Assembly: GCA_963720755.1 (NCBI GenBank)
Contig: CAVRGP010000006.1
Span: 32,001-96,000, forward strand
Direction: 5' to 3'
DNA length: 64,000 bases
Source of the DNA: an uncultured Chloroflexia bacterium
GTDB taxonomy: Bacteria; Chloroflexota; Limnocylindria; Limnocylindrales; CSP1-4
A model generated the notes under the pieces. That model had not been told where the DNA came from, searched no databases, and worked only from the letters and a program-made list of their open reading frames with translations. This document shows positions 27,053 through 37,801 of this stretch, in pieces. Position 1 is the stretch's first letter; each line of letters starts with the position of its first letter. Position numbers and translations under genes: made by a program.

Positions 27053-28084
27053 TCATCCGGTCAGCGAGCGCGTCGCGACCTCGGCGATGACCAACAAGAC
27101 CCCGTTGAACGTGGCGTGCAGCCCGAAGGACGCCCAGATCGAACCCCGGCGCACGAAGATCCAACCCAGGGCGAGGGCGACCGGCAGGCGGCTGACGAAC
27201 GCCACGAGGGCCTGACCGGATGCCTCGCCGGCCGACGACCCGGACACCGTCAGCACGTGGGCGAATGCGAAGACGACGGCGCCGACGATGATCCCGCTGC
27301 GCACGCCGCGCCCACGGACCCAGGCGGTCGTCGCAAAGCCACGGAACAGGAGTTCTTCGCCCAGAGGCGCGAGGATCACCCCGGCGGCAAGCGACAGGGC
27401 GAACCCTCCGGCGGTGCCCGTCGGTGGCAGTGGACTGACGGGCTCGACCGGGACCGCGTACAGAAGGAGCGAGGCGAGCAGCCCGGTGACGACGACCACC
27501 GGGAGCGCCCAGGCCGCACCCGCGAGCATCTCTGCCACGGCCTTGCCGTCAAGGCGAGACCAACCCATCGACCGCCAGTCGAGGGCACCCGCATCGACGA
27601 CGAGCAGGCGCACGAGTCCGAAGTAGACGATCGCCTGGATCCCGACGGACAGCACGGCCCCGAACGGGCCGTCGAGCGGGATACCGAGCAGGAGGAACGG
27701 CAGGCTGACCACGACGACGACCAGGACGGCCACCGGGACCGACGCCGCCAGGACGAGGAACGGCGAGGGCCCCGCGTAGGCAAGGCCGCCGCGAGCCCTT
27801 CGCTCGATGGCCTGGGAGCCTGCCCCGGCGATGAGGCCCACAGCCAGGAGGAGGACCCCTATCAGGAGCAGGATCGTCCCGGCACCGGGCTTCCCGGCCA
27901 GGACGGCGATCAGGATCAGTCCGAGACCGACCAGCGTCGCGAGCCAGCCGACCACGAACAAGCCAGGCGCCGAACGGCCTTCGATCGTGAACGTGGCCGC
28001 GCCGGGCCGTGCGGCCGACGGGGGATCGTGGTCTGCCGGACCCGGATCCCCGTCAGGGTCGGAGGGAAGGTCCGGCCGGTTCAA
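27053..28084 (-). CDS. CPBP (CAAX/Abi) family intramembrane metalloprotease
   Basis: APLGEELLFRG, FAFAH and GLHATFN motifs; multiple TMs; TTG overlaps the upstream stop. Confidence 0.9.
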   Translation of the reverse strand: MNRPDLPSDPDGDPGPADHDPPSAARPGAATFTIEGRSAPGLFVVGWLATLVGLGLILIAVLAGKPGAGTILLLIGVLLLAVGLIAGAGSQAIERRARGGLAYAGPSPFLVLAASVPVAVLVVVVVSLPFLLLGIPLDGPFGAVLSVGIQAIVYFGLVRLLVVDAGALDWRSMGWSRLDGKAVAEMLAGAAWALPVVVVTGLLASLLLYAVPVEPVSPLPPTGTAGGFALSLAAGVILAPLGEELLFRGFATTAWVRGRGVRSGIIVGAVVFAFAHVLTVSGSSAGEASGQALVAFVSRLPVALALGWIFVRRGSIWASFGLHATFNGVLLVIAEVATRSLTG

Positions 28085-28752
28085 CGCTCGGGCAGCGGAT
28101 CCTGCGAGGACGCCGGGCCGGACGCAGCGCCGGGCCGGGTCTGGTTGCGCGCGGGTCGGCGGACCTTTGGCTTGGGTCCGGCGATCGCGGTCGGCATCGG
28201 CTCCTGGGCGAAGGCGATCCGGCCCGTCTCCTCGAGGCTCGGCGGCAACGCCTCGATGGCGGCCGGCGCTTCGCGTCGCTCGAAGTCCTTCCCGCACCAG
28301 GCGCACAGCGACCAGTCCATGCCGACCAGCCGGCTGCAGTTCGGGCAGACGCGCTTCAGCCGGGTCCGACAGCCGGGGCAGATGATCCATTCATCGTCGA
28401 TGCGCCGATCGCACCCTGGGCAGTGATGGATCGATTCGACCTCGGCGAGCAGCGCCTCTTCCGCCAGGTTGCGCTCCCAGACCTCACCGATCTTCTCGTG
28501 CGGCCGCACGATCTTGTAGATCCATACGGCGAAGATGAAGAAGATGGGTGTGAACAGGATGATCCCGGCAGCGGCGATGTACGGCAGGATCGCGTTGTCC
28601 GATCGCTGCTGCATGTCGCGGAACGCCCAGTACGCGGCGGCCAGCCAGATGACGACGAGGTAGATCCCGATCGCCCGCAGGCCGAACTGGACGGGTGCAC
28701 TCTGGAAGAAGCCACTGAGCGAGTCGCCGATCTGGGGGAGGATCTGATCCAT
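28081..28752 (-). CDS. Membrane-anchored double zinc-ribbon protein
   Basis: Two TMs, then CPGC..CPGC..CPNC..CAWC; extended -10 TGCTACACT at 28826-28834. Confidence 0.88.
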   Translation of the reverse strand: MDQILPQIGDSLSGFFQSAPVQFGLRAIGIYLVVIWLAAAYWAFRDMQQRSDNAILPYIAAAGIILFTPIFFIFAVWIYKIVRPHEKIGEVWERNLAEEALLAEVESIHHCPGCDRRIDDEWIICPGCRTRLKRVCPNCSRLVGMDWSLCAWCGKDFERREAPAAIEALPPSLEETGRIAFAQEPMPTAIAGPKPKVRRPARNQTRPGAASGPASSQDPLPER

Positions 28753-28869
28753 GCGTCTGGGGGTCGCCTCCGTGGGCCTCTACCTGACCGAACCCGACTC
28801 GGGCCGGGCCCGATTCGCTCGGGGCAGTGTAGCAGGGGCCGCTCAGGTGCCCCTGCGGGTCCTGCAGCC

Positions 28870-29871
28870 TCAGACGGAAGGTTCAGCCTCGACGTGACGG
28901 GATGACCACGTGGCCAGGACGCCCCCGACGATCAGCGCGAGGCCACCCAGGACGACGACGCGGATGCCGAGGTCGGCACCGAGGGGCCCCACCAGGTACG
29001 GCCAACTCAGACCGATGAGCAGGGAGCCAAGGGTCAGGCCGGCGACGCCGGCGGAGATCCAGGCCGGCACGGGCGTCCGCACGATCGCGAGCGCGAGGAC
29101 GCCGAGGATGGCCAGGAAGACGAGGAGGTGGGTCGGGCTGGCGAGTCCCCATGTGCTGAGATAGCCACCAAAGGCGCCAGCCCCGATGACGACTCGCGAC
29201 CACGGCAGCAGGAATCCGAGCGTCGACATGGCCGCTCCGACGAGCACGAACCAGCCGGCGATCTCGAGGATCCGGGCCGGTTCGAGCGGCGTGGAGGACG
29301 GCCCCGTTCGGCCAGTCGCATCCGCCGCGGCCGGTTTCGCTTCGGGATCCGCGGACGGCAGCGCCGCAGATGGCCACAGTGGCGCCTCGGTCGCCACTGC
29401 ACCCGGTGTGACCGCCGCCGTCGCGAGCGTCGGTCGGCGATAGAGACTTGCGGCTCGCGGGCTGAGGGTCGGTCCCGGCGGCCGGGCCGCCGGCGTCACG
29501 GATTCGGACGGTTCCGCGGCGAGCACGGATGGCGGTTCCGGGGCGAGCACCGATGGCGGTTCAGGGGCGAGCATCGATGGCTCGTCCACGGCGTCGGCGC
29601 TCTGGCCGCCGGGCGGGCCGTCGGTCGTGTCTGCCGTCTCGGCCCTCATGTCGTCGTCGAGGACTGGCTGCGCTGCGAGGACCGGTTGCGCGGCGAGGCT
29701 GTCCGCGTGTCCGTTCGGCGACGGTGCGACCGAGGGCGACGCCGGCGTGACGACCGGGCGCGTCCGCTGGCCGGCGACCGACGCAAGGAGCGAGCCGCAA
29801 TCTGGGCAGGACAGACGGCCGTAGGCGACCGACACCCCACACTCGGTGCACTCGATGGTCTTCGTCGTCAT
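28870..29871 (-). CDS. Hypothetical membrane protein with N-terminal zinc ribbon
   Basis: CTEC..CPDC, Pro/Ala linker, four C-terminal TMs. Confidence 0.75.
   Translation of the reverse strand: MTTKTIECTECGVSVAYGRLSCPDCGSLLASVAGQRTRPVVTPASPSVAPSPNGHADSLAAQPVLAAQPVLDDDMRAETADTTDGPPGGQSADAVDEPSMLAPEPPSVLAPEPPSVLAAEPSESVTPAARPPGPTLSPRAASLYRRPTLATAAVTPGAVATEAPLWPSAALPSADPEAKPAAADATGRTGPSSTPLEPARILEIAGWFVLVGAAMSTLGFLLPWSRVVIGAGAFGGYLSTWGLASPTHLLVFLAILGVLALAIVRTPVPAWISAGVAGLTLGSLLIGLSWPYLVGPLGADLGIRVVVLGGLALIVGGVLATWSSRHVEAEPSV
29510..29581. repeat. Intragenic 24-bp tandem repeat x3 (PSVLAPEP)
   Basis: GGTTCCGGGGCGAGCACCGATGGC-like units at 29510, 29534 and 29558. Confidence 0.85.
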
Positions 29872-29909
29872 GTTCCACCTCGCCGGGCCTGACCCGTACG
29901 GGCCGGCGA

Positions 29910-30890
29910 TCACACGGTCGCAGATGGATGGCCGGGGCGCCAGTCACCCGGTCGGCTGTGGACCGACCCCCCGAACGTCCTCTCCCCCACGACGTCGGCC
30001 ACCGTCCACACGGCCGACCGCCAGGCACACACGACCGCGGTGAGGAGGAGGCCGACGGCCCACAGGGCGACGAACGTCAGGATCCTCACCAGGATCTCGA
30101 TCGGATCGATCGGATCGGCGAGCGAGCCCGCCAGGGCGCGCCAGCCCGTGCTCGCGGCCATCGTCGAGGGCACCAGCACGAGGAGCAGGACGATGGTCGG
30201 GATCCAGAAGCGAGCGAGTGATGCGAGCGGATGTCGCAAACCTCCGGTCACGCCCGCGGTCGATGCCCTGGCCACGCCGGCTCCGGCAAGCACGACCCGG
30301 CGCGCACCGATCGCGCCGACGATCTGGCCGGCCATCCACGCCAGCCCGATCAGCAGCATCACCTCGGGTGACCCGGCCAGGACCCGGACGACGATCGACG
30401 TGCCGACATCCGACGGGCTGGTGAGTTCGGCGTAGGTACGGGCGATCAGGCGGATCGAACCCCACCCCAGGACAATGACCAAGGGGATGTTCGCGATGAG
30501 TCGCGCCGCCATCACCCGCCCGGCCAGTCGGACGGTCATCGGGTCGGTCGGTCCCGCGCCGGCGACCTCGACGTCGGCGGCCACGACCCGCACCGCTTCA
30601 CCCTCGAACGCGGCGGCGATCCACGCGGCCAGCCCCACGATGGCCACGAAACCGACCGCGATCCCTGCCGCAGCCAGGATCGCGCCGGTGGGGAGGGCGC
30701 CGAAGGCGATCTCCGTCAGGGCCGGACCCAGGACGTCACCCAGCCCAGCCGGCGTCGGGAGGACGACGATCGGGATGAGGAACACGAGGACGCCTCCCCG
30801 CAGCAGGAAAGTGGCCAGCGCCAGCGGCCAGATGACCGGCCTCGCGATGGTCACGAGCAGGGCCCCAACGAGCACTGCCCCACGACTCAT
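29910..30890 (-). CDS. Hypothetical multi-pass membrane protein
   Basis: About 6-7 hydrophobic segments; ATGA overlap with the UPF0182 gene. Confidence 0.75.
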   Translation of the reverse strand: MSRGAVLVGALLVTIARPVIWPLALATFLLRGGVLVFLIPIVVLPTPAGLGDVLGPALTEIAFGALPTGAILAAAGIAVGFVAIVGLAAWIAAAFEGEAVRVVAADVEVAGAGPTDPMTVRLAGRVMAARLIANIPLVIVLGWGSIRLIARTYAELTSPSDVGTSIVVRVLAGSPEVMLLIGLAWMAGQIVGAIGARRVVLAGAGVARASTAGVTGGLRHPLASLARFWIPTIVLLLVLVPSTMAASTGWRALAGSLADPIDPIEILVRILTFVALWAVGLLLTAVVCAWRSAVWTVADVVGERTFGGSVHSRPGDWRPGHPSATV

Positions 30891-33800
30891 GGGGCAGTGC
30901 TGGCCGCCGGAGCGAGGCTCGGGACGGCGAGACCCGGGGCGAGGATCTGCAACTGTCGCAGGGCCTCCGCGACCAGCGCCATCTCATCCCCGTAGGTCGA
31001 GAAGTCGCCGGCCCGCAGGGCGGCCTGCGCCGCCTCGAAGTGGGTGTTCGCGTAGGCGATCAGACCCTGGATGTCAGCCGGCAGGCCAGGGTTCGCGGTC
31101 GGCGTCGGACTCGGACTCGTGCCCGGTCCGGGCGTTGCCGTCGGGCCCGGGCTCGGTGATGGTCCCGGCGATGGCCCGGTCGGCCCGTTGCCTTCTGCCA
31201 CGAGGAGTTGCTGCAGGGCCACCGCCAGTGAATCGGCCCAGACGACTTGACGTGGCGATGCCACGACGATCTTCTTGAACTCGGGGAAGGCCGATCCGGT
31301 CGACTGGAGATAGACGGGCTGCAGGTAGATGAGCGAATCGTCGAGCGCGACGACGATCAGGTTGCCCCGGATCACCTTGCTGCCCGACTGGTTCCACAGC
31401 GAGATCTGGGCGCTGATCGCGGGATCCTGGTCGATCCGCGCCTCGATCTGGGCCGGTCCGAAGATCGTCGTGTCAGCCGGGAACCGATAGACCTCGGTCT
31501 GGCCGTAGTTGGGCGCGTCCATCCGGGCCGCCACCCAGGCGATCATGTTCGGTCGATCGATCGGGACCATCGGTTGCAGGAGGAGGAACTCGACACCGTT
31601 CTGGTTCGGGAGTCGCATCTCCACGTAGTAGGCCTCGGACGGGAGGGTCTGCTCGCTGGTCTGGTCGGGCACGGTCCACAGGTCGTCCTTCTGGATGAAC
31701 TGCTGGGTGTCGGTCACGTGGTACCGCCCGAACATCCGGGTCTGCACGTTGAACAGTTCCTCAGGGACGCGCAGGTGCGCACGGAGGTCCGACGGCATCG
31801 CATCGAGTGACTCGAACAGGTCCGGGAAGACACCCTGGTACGCCCGGATGATCGGATCGGCGGGGTCCGAGACGTAGAAGTGCATCGTCCCGTCGTAGGC
31901 GTCCATCGTGATCTTGACGCTGTTCCGGATGTAGTCGAACGGTTGGTTCCCGAGGCCCGTGGGCGCGAAGGTGGACGGGTCGAACGCCTGGGCGTTCGGG
32001 AACTTGTCCGAGGTCGTGAAGGCGTCCTGGACGTAGATCATCCGCCCCGAGTCGTCGATGACGAGGTATGGGTCCTTGTCGAACAGAAGGAACGGGGCGA
32101 TCCGGCTGATCCGATCGTCGAGCGATCGGTGGAACAACAGCTGGCTGTCGCGGGTCACCTGGTCGCTGATGAGCAGGTTGAGGTCCCGGAACCGGAGGGC
32201 GAACAGGAGCCGTTGGAAGGTCGTGTCGAGCGGGATCCCGGTCGTCCCGGTCCAGCGCGTCTGGGGGCCGGATCCGCCGGTGGAATCATCGCCGGTCGGG
32301 TAATCGAACTCGTCCTGCTGCGCACCGACGACGAGGTAGTTGCTCGGCCGCTCACCGAAATAGATCCTGGGCTGGGTGATCGTCGGGGTCCCGGGGACCG
32401 AAACCGGCGGCAGATTGCCGATGAACAGGCGCGGCTGCCCCTCGTTCGTGACTTCGTTCACCGGGACCATCGCGGCCCCGAAGCCATGGGTGTAGACGAT
32501 CCGCTGGTTCACCCAGCCCGTGGCGCTCGGGTTCTGCTCCAGCCACAGCTCACGGGCGGACAGCATCACCTGGCGGGGGACCCCGTCGATGGTGTACCGA
32601 TCCGTGTCGACGTCGGTGAAGTCGTAGTACTTGCGGACGGTCTGGAGTTGATCGAGTGTCTTCTGCAGGGGTCGGTAATCCCACAAACGTGCGCTCCGGA
32701 ACGTATCCGCCTCTGACGTGATCTGCGCCTCGGTCAGGATCTGGTCGCCCTTGAACGGGATATCGGTCCAGTCCCCGAGGTCGTAGGCGAGACGGGTCAT
32801 CGCGATGTTGTTGCTGACGTACTGCGCTTCCTGGGCGTTCTGGTTGGGCGTCACGGAGAATCGCTGGATGGCCTCCGGATAGACCCGTCCGACGATGATC
32901 GAGGCGAGGAACCAGACGGCGATCGTGAGCCCGAGCGGCCAGATCACCCTCGTGAAGGCGCCACCGACGAGGAACGCGGCGGCCAGCCCGGAGATGACCG
33001 TCAGGATGTCGTACGCGATGAACTGGGCGTTCTGGTCCGTATAGCTGACACCCGTTGCCAGCCCCCGGTTGCTGTACACGAGCTCGAGCTTGTCCAGCTG
33101 ATAGCCGAAGGCCACCGACAGCAGGAACAGCCCGCCGAGGATCGCGAGATGGACCCTCACGGGGGTGGTGAACACGAGGCTGCCATGCGAGGCGCCGATG
33201 AGGTAGCGGGCCAGGGTCACGATCAGGGCGGCCACGACCAGGGTATTGAAGAGGCCCTGGACGAGCCGCAGGAACGGCAACTCGAACAGGAAGAAGCCGA
33301 TATCGCGGTTGAAGACCGGATCGGTCACCGTGGCCGTGGGCGAGAACGGCACCCGATGGATCCACAGCAGCACGGTCTCCCACGCCCCGGACATCGAACC
33401 CCCGATGAGCAGGGCGATGAAGATCGCCACGCCACCGAGCGCCCAGCCGGCGAGCGGTGTGAGATCCGGCAGGTCGCCCATCTCGAATGTGACCGCCTGT
33501 CCGTCCCGCCCGCCACCGACACCGCCGCCGAATGGGGGGCGGCCACCGCCAAAGGCCGATCGTGATCGACCGCGCCCTTCGTCGGCGGCACGAGCCGCCT
33601 CATTGAACCGGGACACGATGGAGCGCAACCCGCCGCCGGTGCCGTCATCCACAGGCGCCATCCGGCCCGCGAGCCAGATGTTGCCGAGGAGGACGACGAG
33701 GGCAAGGACGAACGCACCGACGCCGAGACCGAAGGTGGCGATCAGGCGGGTCCAGAAGACCGAGTCGAAGGACACGCTCTTGTACCACTCGGCGTCCGTC

Positions 33801-34228
33801 CAGAGGTCGAGCCCCACGCTGAACAACAGGAAGATCGCGACGACGACCAGGATCGCGACGGTCAGGCCGATCCGGCGACCGGCTCGAGCGGCCCGGCCCG
33901 TCCCACCGTCATCGGGACCTCCGGGCCCACGTCGGCGCGGCGGGGGCCCACCACGCCTTCGGCCGGCCTCGATCGGGATCGGGACGCCTTCGACGTCTTC
34001 GGCGTCTCCGTCGGACTCGACCGACTCGTTGCCGATCGCCTCGTCGCCGTCGACCGTTTCGGGTTCGCCCGCTTCGTCGTCGACCGCTTCGTCCTCGATC
34101 ACGTCATCGTCGTCAGGGCCGTCGTCGGGACGACCTTCATCGCGTCGATCGGCGTCCGGGTCGCGCCCGCGCGCCAGCGCCTCCCGCTTGCGGAGTTCCT
34201 CCATGAAGTCGTCGAAAAGGTCGCGCAT
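30887..34228 (-). CDS. UPF0182 family membrane protein
   Basis: DPVFNRDIGFFLFELPF, ARLWD, DTDRY, YTHGFG, QPRIYFGE, YIRNSVK, GSKVIRGNL. Confidence 0.96.
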   Translation of the reverse strand: MRDLFDDFMEELRKREALARGRDPDADRRDEGRPDDGPDDDDVIEDEAVDDEAGEPETVDGDEAIGNESVESDGDAEDVEGVPIPIEAGRRRGGPPPRRRGPGGPDDGGTGRAARAGRRIGLTVAILVVVAIFLLFSVGLDLWTDAEWYKSVSFDSVFWTRLIATFGLGVGAFVLALVVLLGNIWLAGRMAPVDDGTGGGLRSIVSRFNEAARAADEGRGRSRSAFGGGRPPFGGGVGGGRDGQAVTFEMGDLPDLTPLAGWALGGVAIFIALLIGGSMSGAWETVLLWIHRVPFSPTATVTDPVFNRDIGFFLFELPFLRLVQGLFNTLVVAALIVTLARYLIGASHGSLVFTTPVRVHLAILGGLFLLSVAFGYQLDKLELVYSNRGLATGVSYTDQNAQFIAYDILTVISGLAAAFLVGGAFTRVIWPLGLTIAVWFLASIIVGRVYPEAIQRFSVTPNQNAQEAQYVSNNIAMTRLAYDLGDWTDIPFKGDQILTEAQITSEADTFRSARLWDYRPLQKTLDQLQTVRKYYDFTDVDTDRYTIDGVPRQVMLSARELWLEQNPSATGWVNQRIVYTHGFGAAMVPVNEVTNEGQPRLFIGNLPPVSVPGTPTITQPRIYFGERPSNYLVVGAQQDEFDYPTGDDSTGGSGPQTRWTGTTGIPLDTTFQRLLFALRFRDLNLLISDQVTRDSQLLFHRSLDDRISRIAPFLLFDKDPYLVIDDSGRMIYVQDAFTTSDKFPNAQAFDPSTFAPTGLGNQPFDYIRNSVKITMDAYDGTMHFYVSDPADPIIRAYQGVFPDLFESLDAMPSDLRAHLRVPEELFNVQTRMFGRYHVTDTQQFIQKDDLWTVPDQTSEQTLPSEAYYVEMRLPNQNGVEFLLLQPMVPIDRPNMIAWVAARMDAPNYGQTEVYRFPADTTIFGPAQIEARIDQDPAISAQISLWNQSGSKVIRGNLIVVALDDSLIYLQPVYLQSTGSAFPEFKKIVVASPRQVVWADSLAVALQQLLVAEGNGPTGPSPGPSPSPGPTATPGPGTSPSPTPTANPGLPADIQGLIAYANTHFEAAQAALRAGDFSTYGDEMALVAEALRQLQILAPGLAVPSLAPAASTAP

Positions 34229-34257
34229 CCAGCGGCGAGTCTACCTGCCGCGGCCGT

Positions 34258-34716
34258 TCAGGGCCGATGGAGCCCCTCGATGGCGCGGACGAACCCGTCG
34301 AGGACCGTGTCGGCGAGTTCGTTCGGACGCATCGCCGCGGCCCGTGCGGGCTCGAACCGGAATGCGCTCCGGATCGCCAGCGGGACGCGCCATGGATGAA
34401 GCGGATCGTCCGGCGGGGCCACCAGGCCAAGACGCATCTGGAGCCGCCCGCCATCCTCGAGGATCAGACCGGAAAGCGCCCCGCTGAGCGCCGGGCCGAG
34501 CCTGGCCAGCGGCGGGTCCGGCGGCGGCCCGGCGGTCGGGGCCACATCCCGGAAACACACCACGCCTTCGTCATCGACGACCCAGACGACGGCCAGCCAC
34601 CAGCCATCCGGCGCCCCGGATGGTCGTCCCATCCCCGCACGGTAGGTCGTGTCGCCGGCCCGGACCGGGCGCTCACGGAGATACGACGGACCGGGTGGCG
34701 GCAGGCGTTCGGGCAT
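34258..34716 (-). CDS. Hypothetical protein
   Basis: Fills the gap between co-oriented genes; globular composition (WWLAVVWVVDDEG). Confidence 0.65.
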   Translation of the reverse strand: MPERLPPPGPSYLRERPVRAGDTTYRAGMGRPSGAPDGWWLAVVWVVDDEGVVCFRDVAPTAGPPPDPPLARLGPALSGALSGLILEDGGRLQMRLGLVAPPDDPLHPWRVPLAIRSAFRFEPARAAAMRPNELADTVLDGFVRAIEGLHRP

Positions 34717-34732
34717 CGGGTCGGCGTGCGGG

Positions 34733-35461
34733 TCAGGCCGGCCCGGGATCCTCGGGCTGAGGAGGAGCGGGGTCGGACGTCATGGCATCCACCCGGGCCT
34801 GGAGTTCGGCGATCTGCGCCTCGAGTTCGCGTCGCATCCGCTCGCGCTCCGCCTCTGCCTCTGCCTCCGCTGCCGCTGACTCCGCGCCTGGCGCGGGTGG
34901 AGCGTCGACGGCAACGGCATCGCTCGGCTCGGTGGCGACCTCGGCAGCCTCAGGTTCCACGACCGGCGCCGTCGGATCGGCCGTGGCAGGTCCACCCGCG
35001 TCGACGACCGCCTCGGTCGCCTCGTCGGGCGTCTCGGCCGTCGCTTCGAGGGCCAACTCGTCCGTCGTCTCACGCATCCCCAATTCGACCAGGGCGTCCG
35101 CGGCGATGGCGGCCGCCTCGGCCTGCAGGTCGGCCAGTTCCGCCTCAAGTTGCAGGCGGAGGATCTCCTGCTGGACGGCCAGATCGGGCGGCGCCACGGC
35201 CAGGGCTTCTGCCTTGGACGGGACGTCGTCAGCGTAGTCTCCGCTGATCCACGACAGCAGCCGACTCCGAGGTCGCGCCTTGATCTCGGGGCGCGTGGCG
35301 CGCACGTCCACGCTGGTCAGCCCGGGCATATCCGATTCGTCGGTCGGGATGAGTTGCGCACCACACGATGGACAATCCGCCATCGTCGGCTCAAGGGTCG
35401 CGGAGCACCACGAGCAGACCAGGTCCGGGGATCGGTCGGAAGACTGGGTCGATTGGGCCAT
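34733..35461 (-). CDS. Hypothetical zinc-ribbon/coiled-coil protein
   Basis: CSWC..CPSC, acidic Ala-rich coiled coils; TACGAT 7 nt before ATG. Confidence 0.72.
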   Translation of the reverse strand: MAQSTQSSDRSPDLVCSWCSATLEPTMADCPSCGAQLIPTDESDMPGLTSVDVRATRPEIKARPRSRLLSWISGDYADDVPSKAEALAVAPPDLAVQQEILRLQLEAELADLQAEAAAIAADALVELGMRETTDELALEATAETPDEATEAVVDAGGPATADPTAPVVEPEAAEVATEPSDAVAVDAPPAPGAESAAAEAEAEAERERMRRELEAQIAELQARVDAMTSDPAPPQPEDPGPA

Positions 35462-35527
35462 GGGCGAAATCGTACCGCGTCGCCGCGCGCTGACGATGGC
35501 CCATCCGTCATGGGACGGGCAGGACGG

Positions 35528-37324
35528 TCACTCCCATTCGATCGTCGCCGGCGGCTTCGAACTGATGTCGTACACCACACGGTTCACACCCGGGACTTCG
35601 TTGACGATCCGCGAGGAGATCTTGCCCAGCACGTCATACGGCAGCTTGGCCCAATCGGCGGTCATGCCGTCCTCGCTGGTGACCGCCCGGATGGCGACGA
35701 CGTTGGCATACGTCCGCCCATCACCCATGACCCCGACCGAGCGGACCGGGGTGAGGATCGCGAAGGACTGCCACAGACTTCGGTACAGCCCGGCGCCCTT
35801 GATCTCATCGATGACGATCCAGTCCGCCTCGCGCAACGTGTCGAGGCGGGCGGCGGTCACCTCCCCGATGATCCGGATCGCCAGGCCCGGGCCCGGGAAC
35901 GGTTGCCGAAGGACCATCGCTTCGGGCAACCCCAGCTCCAGGCCGACCTTGCGGACTTCGTCCTTGAACAAGTAACGAAGTGGTTCGATCAACTGGAACC
36001 GAAGGTCGGCCGGAAGGCCGCCGACGTTGTGATGGGTCTTGATCTTCTGGGCGGTCTTGGTCTCGGACGTGGCCGACTCGATAACGTCGGGGTAGAGCGT
36101 CCCCTGGGTCAGGAAGTCGATGCTGCCGAGCCTGGCGGCTTCCTCCTCGAAGACCCGGATGAATTCATCGCCGATGATCCGCCGCTTCTCTTCCGGATCC
36201 TCCACGCCGGCCAGCCGGGCGAGGAACCGCTCGCGAGCGTCGACCATCACCAGGTTCATCCCGAGATCGCGCTCGAAGGTCACCCGGAGCAGTTCGGACT
36301 CCTTCTTGCGCATCAAGCCGTGATCCACGTAGATGCAGGTCAGCCGATCACCGACGGCGCGGTGGACGAGGGCCGCGGCGACGGCCGAATCGACCCCGCC
36401 GGACAGGGCGCAGATGACGAGGCCGTCCGAACCCGTCCTGGCGGCATGGCCGTCGACACGCTCACGGATCCCGGCGACCGTGGTATCGATGAAGTTGGCG
36501 GCCGTCCAGGTCGGGTCGATCCCGGCGATCCCCACGACGAAGTTGCGGAGGACCTGACGGCCGCGAGGCGTGTGGACGACTTCCGGATGGAACTGGATCC
36601 CATACAGGTCGCGGTCCGGCGCGGCCAGCCCGGCGTACGGCGAGGAATCGGACTGCGCGGTCGCGTGGAACCCCTCGGGCAGGCGGGTGATCGAGTCCCC
36701 ATGGCTCATCCAGACCGGCTGGTCGCGATCGAGATCGGTGAACAGGCCGTCCTCGGCCGTGATCGTGACGTTCGCCGGACCGTACTCGCGCCGGTCGGCC
36801 GGGAGCACGTCACCGCCGAATTCGAGCGCCATCAGCTGGGCCCCGTAGCAGATCCCGAGGACCGGTATCCGGCCCGACCAGATGGCCGGATCCGGACGGG
36901 GCGCATCGGGGTCGTAGACCGACATCGGTCCGCCAGACAGGATGATGGCTCGAGTGCCGCGCCGTTCGAGCTCCGCCAGCGGCGTGTCGTGCGGCAGTAG
37001 CTCGGAATAGACGTCGAGTTCGCGGACACGGCGCGCGATCAGCTGCGCGAACTGGCTACCGAAATCGAGGACGGCGACCGTCGGCGTGGTCGTCGCGCCA
37101 GCCGGCCGATCATCGGGCGAGCGGGCGGGTGACGGTGCCTTCAGGGCGGTCTCGAGATAGACCTCGACCTCGGCGTCATCGGGGGCCAGGACGCGATGTC
37201 CGGCATTGGCCTGCTCCCCGTGGACGGTCTTGCCCCGTTGTCTGGACTCGTCGGGCACGGGATCGTCCGTCCCCTCGCCGCTCCCGGGAGCGGGTTCCCC
37301 TGTCGTGTCGGTCGCCTCGGTCAT
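35528..37324 (-). CDS. guaA: GMP synthase (glutamine-hydrolysing) with ~80-aa N-terminal extension
   Basis: [60 protein letters not shown]. Confidence 0.97.
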   Translation of the reverse strand: MTEATDTTGEPAPGSGEGTDDPVPDESRQRGKTVHGEQANAGHRVLAPDDAEVEVYLETALKAPSPARSPDDRPAGATTTPTVAVLDFGSQFAQLIARRVRELDVYSELLPHDTPLAELERRGTRAIILSGGPMSVYDPDAPRPDPAIWSGRIPVLGICYGAQLMALEFGGDVLPADRREYGPANVTITAEDGLFTDLDRDQPVWMSHGDSITRLPEGFHATAQSDSSPYAGLAAPDRDLYGIQFHPEVVHTPRGRQVLRNFVVGIAGIDPTWTAANFIDTTVAGIRERVDGHAARTGSDGLVICALSGGVDSAVAAALVHRAVGDRLTCIYVDHGLMRKKESELLRVTFERDLGMNLVMVDARERFLARLAGVEDPEEKRRIIGDEFIRVFEEEAARLGSIDFLTQGTLYPDVIESATSETKTAQKIKTHHNVGGLPADLRFQLIEPLRYLFKDEVRKVGLELGLPEAMVLRQPFPGPGLAIRIIGEVTAARLDTLREADWIVIDEIKGAGLYRSLWQSFAILTPVRSVGVMGDGRTYANVVAIRAVTSEDGMTADWAKLPYDVLGKISSRIVNEVPGVNRVVYDISSKPPATIEWE

Positions 37325-37417
37325 CGGTCGATGCCGCCCTCCCCTGCGTTCAGGACGCCAGTGTACGGGACGACCCCCGGGCACCGGGCGATCCACCGGG
37401 TACCCTGCGAGCCTGGC

Positions 37418-37801
37418 TCAGCCACGGTTGCGCATCGCCTCCGCCGCCATCGCGAAGTACGCATCCAGCTCGGTCGCGACGTCGGCCTCAGGTCCGAGCT
37501 CGGCGATCGCCGCCCGCATGTGGACGAGCCATCGATCGCGCTCGCCCGGACCGATCGCGAACGGCGCATGACGCATCCGCAGCCGCGGGTGACCACGCTC
37601 CTGGTCGTAGGTCGACGGGCCGCCCCAGTACTGGATCAGGAAGAGGGTCAGACGATGTCGCGCCCCGGCCAGATCGGGCTCCGGATACAACGGCCGGATC
37701 GCCTCGTCGTCGGCGACGCCGTCGTAGAACCGACTGACGAGCCGCTCGAAGAACGTCGTCCCGCCGGCTCGCTCGTACAGAGTCGGTCCGTCGCTGGTCA
37801 T
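37418..37801 (-). CDS. Group II truncated hemoglobin (GlbO-like)
   Basis: LYERAGG, FY, FLIQYWGGPSTY..RGHPRLRMRH, RDRWL. Confidence 0.93.
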   Translation of the reverse strand: MTSDGPTLYERAGGTTFFERLVSRFYDGVADDEAIRPLYPEPDLAGARHRLTLFLIQYWGGPSTYDQERGHPRLRMRHAPFAIGPGERDRWLVHMRAAIAELGPEADVATELDAYFAMAAEAMRNRG

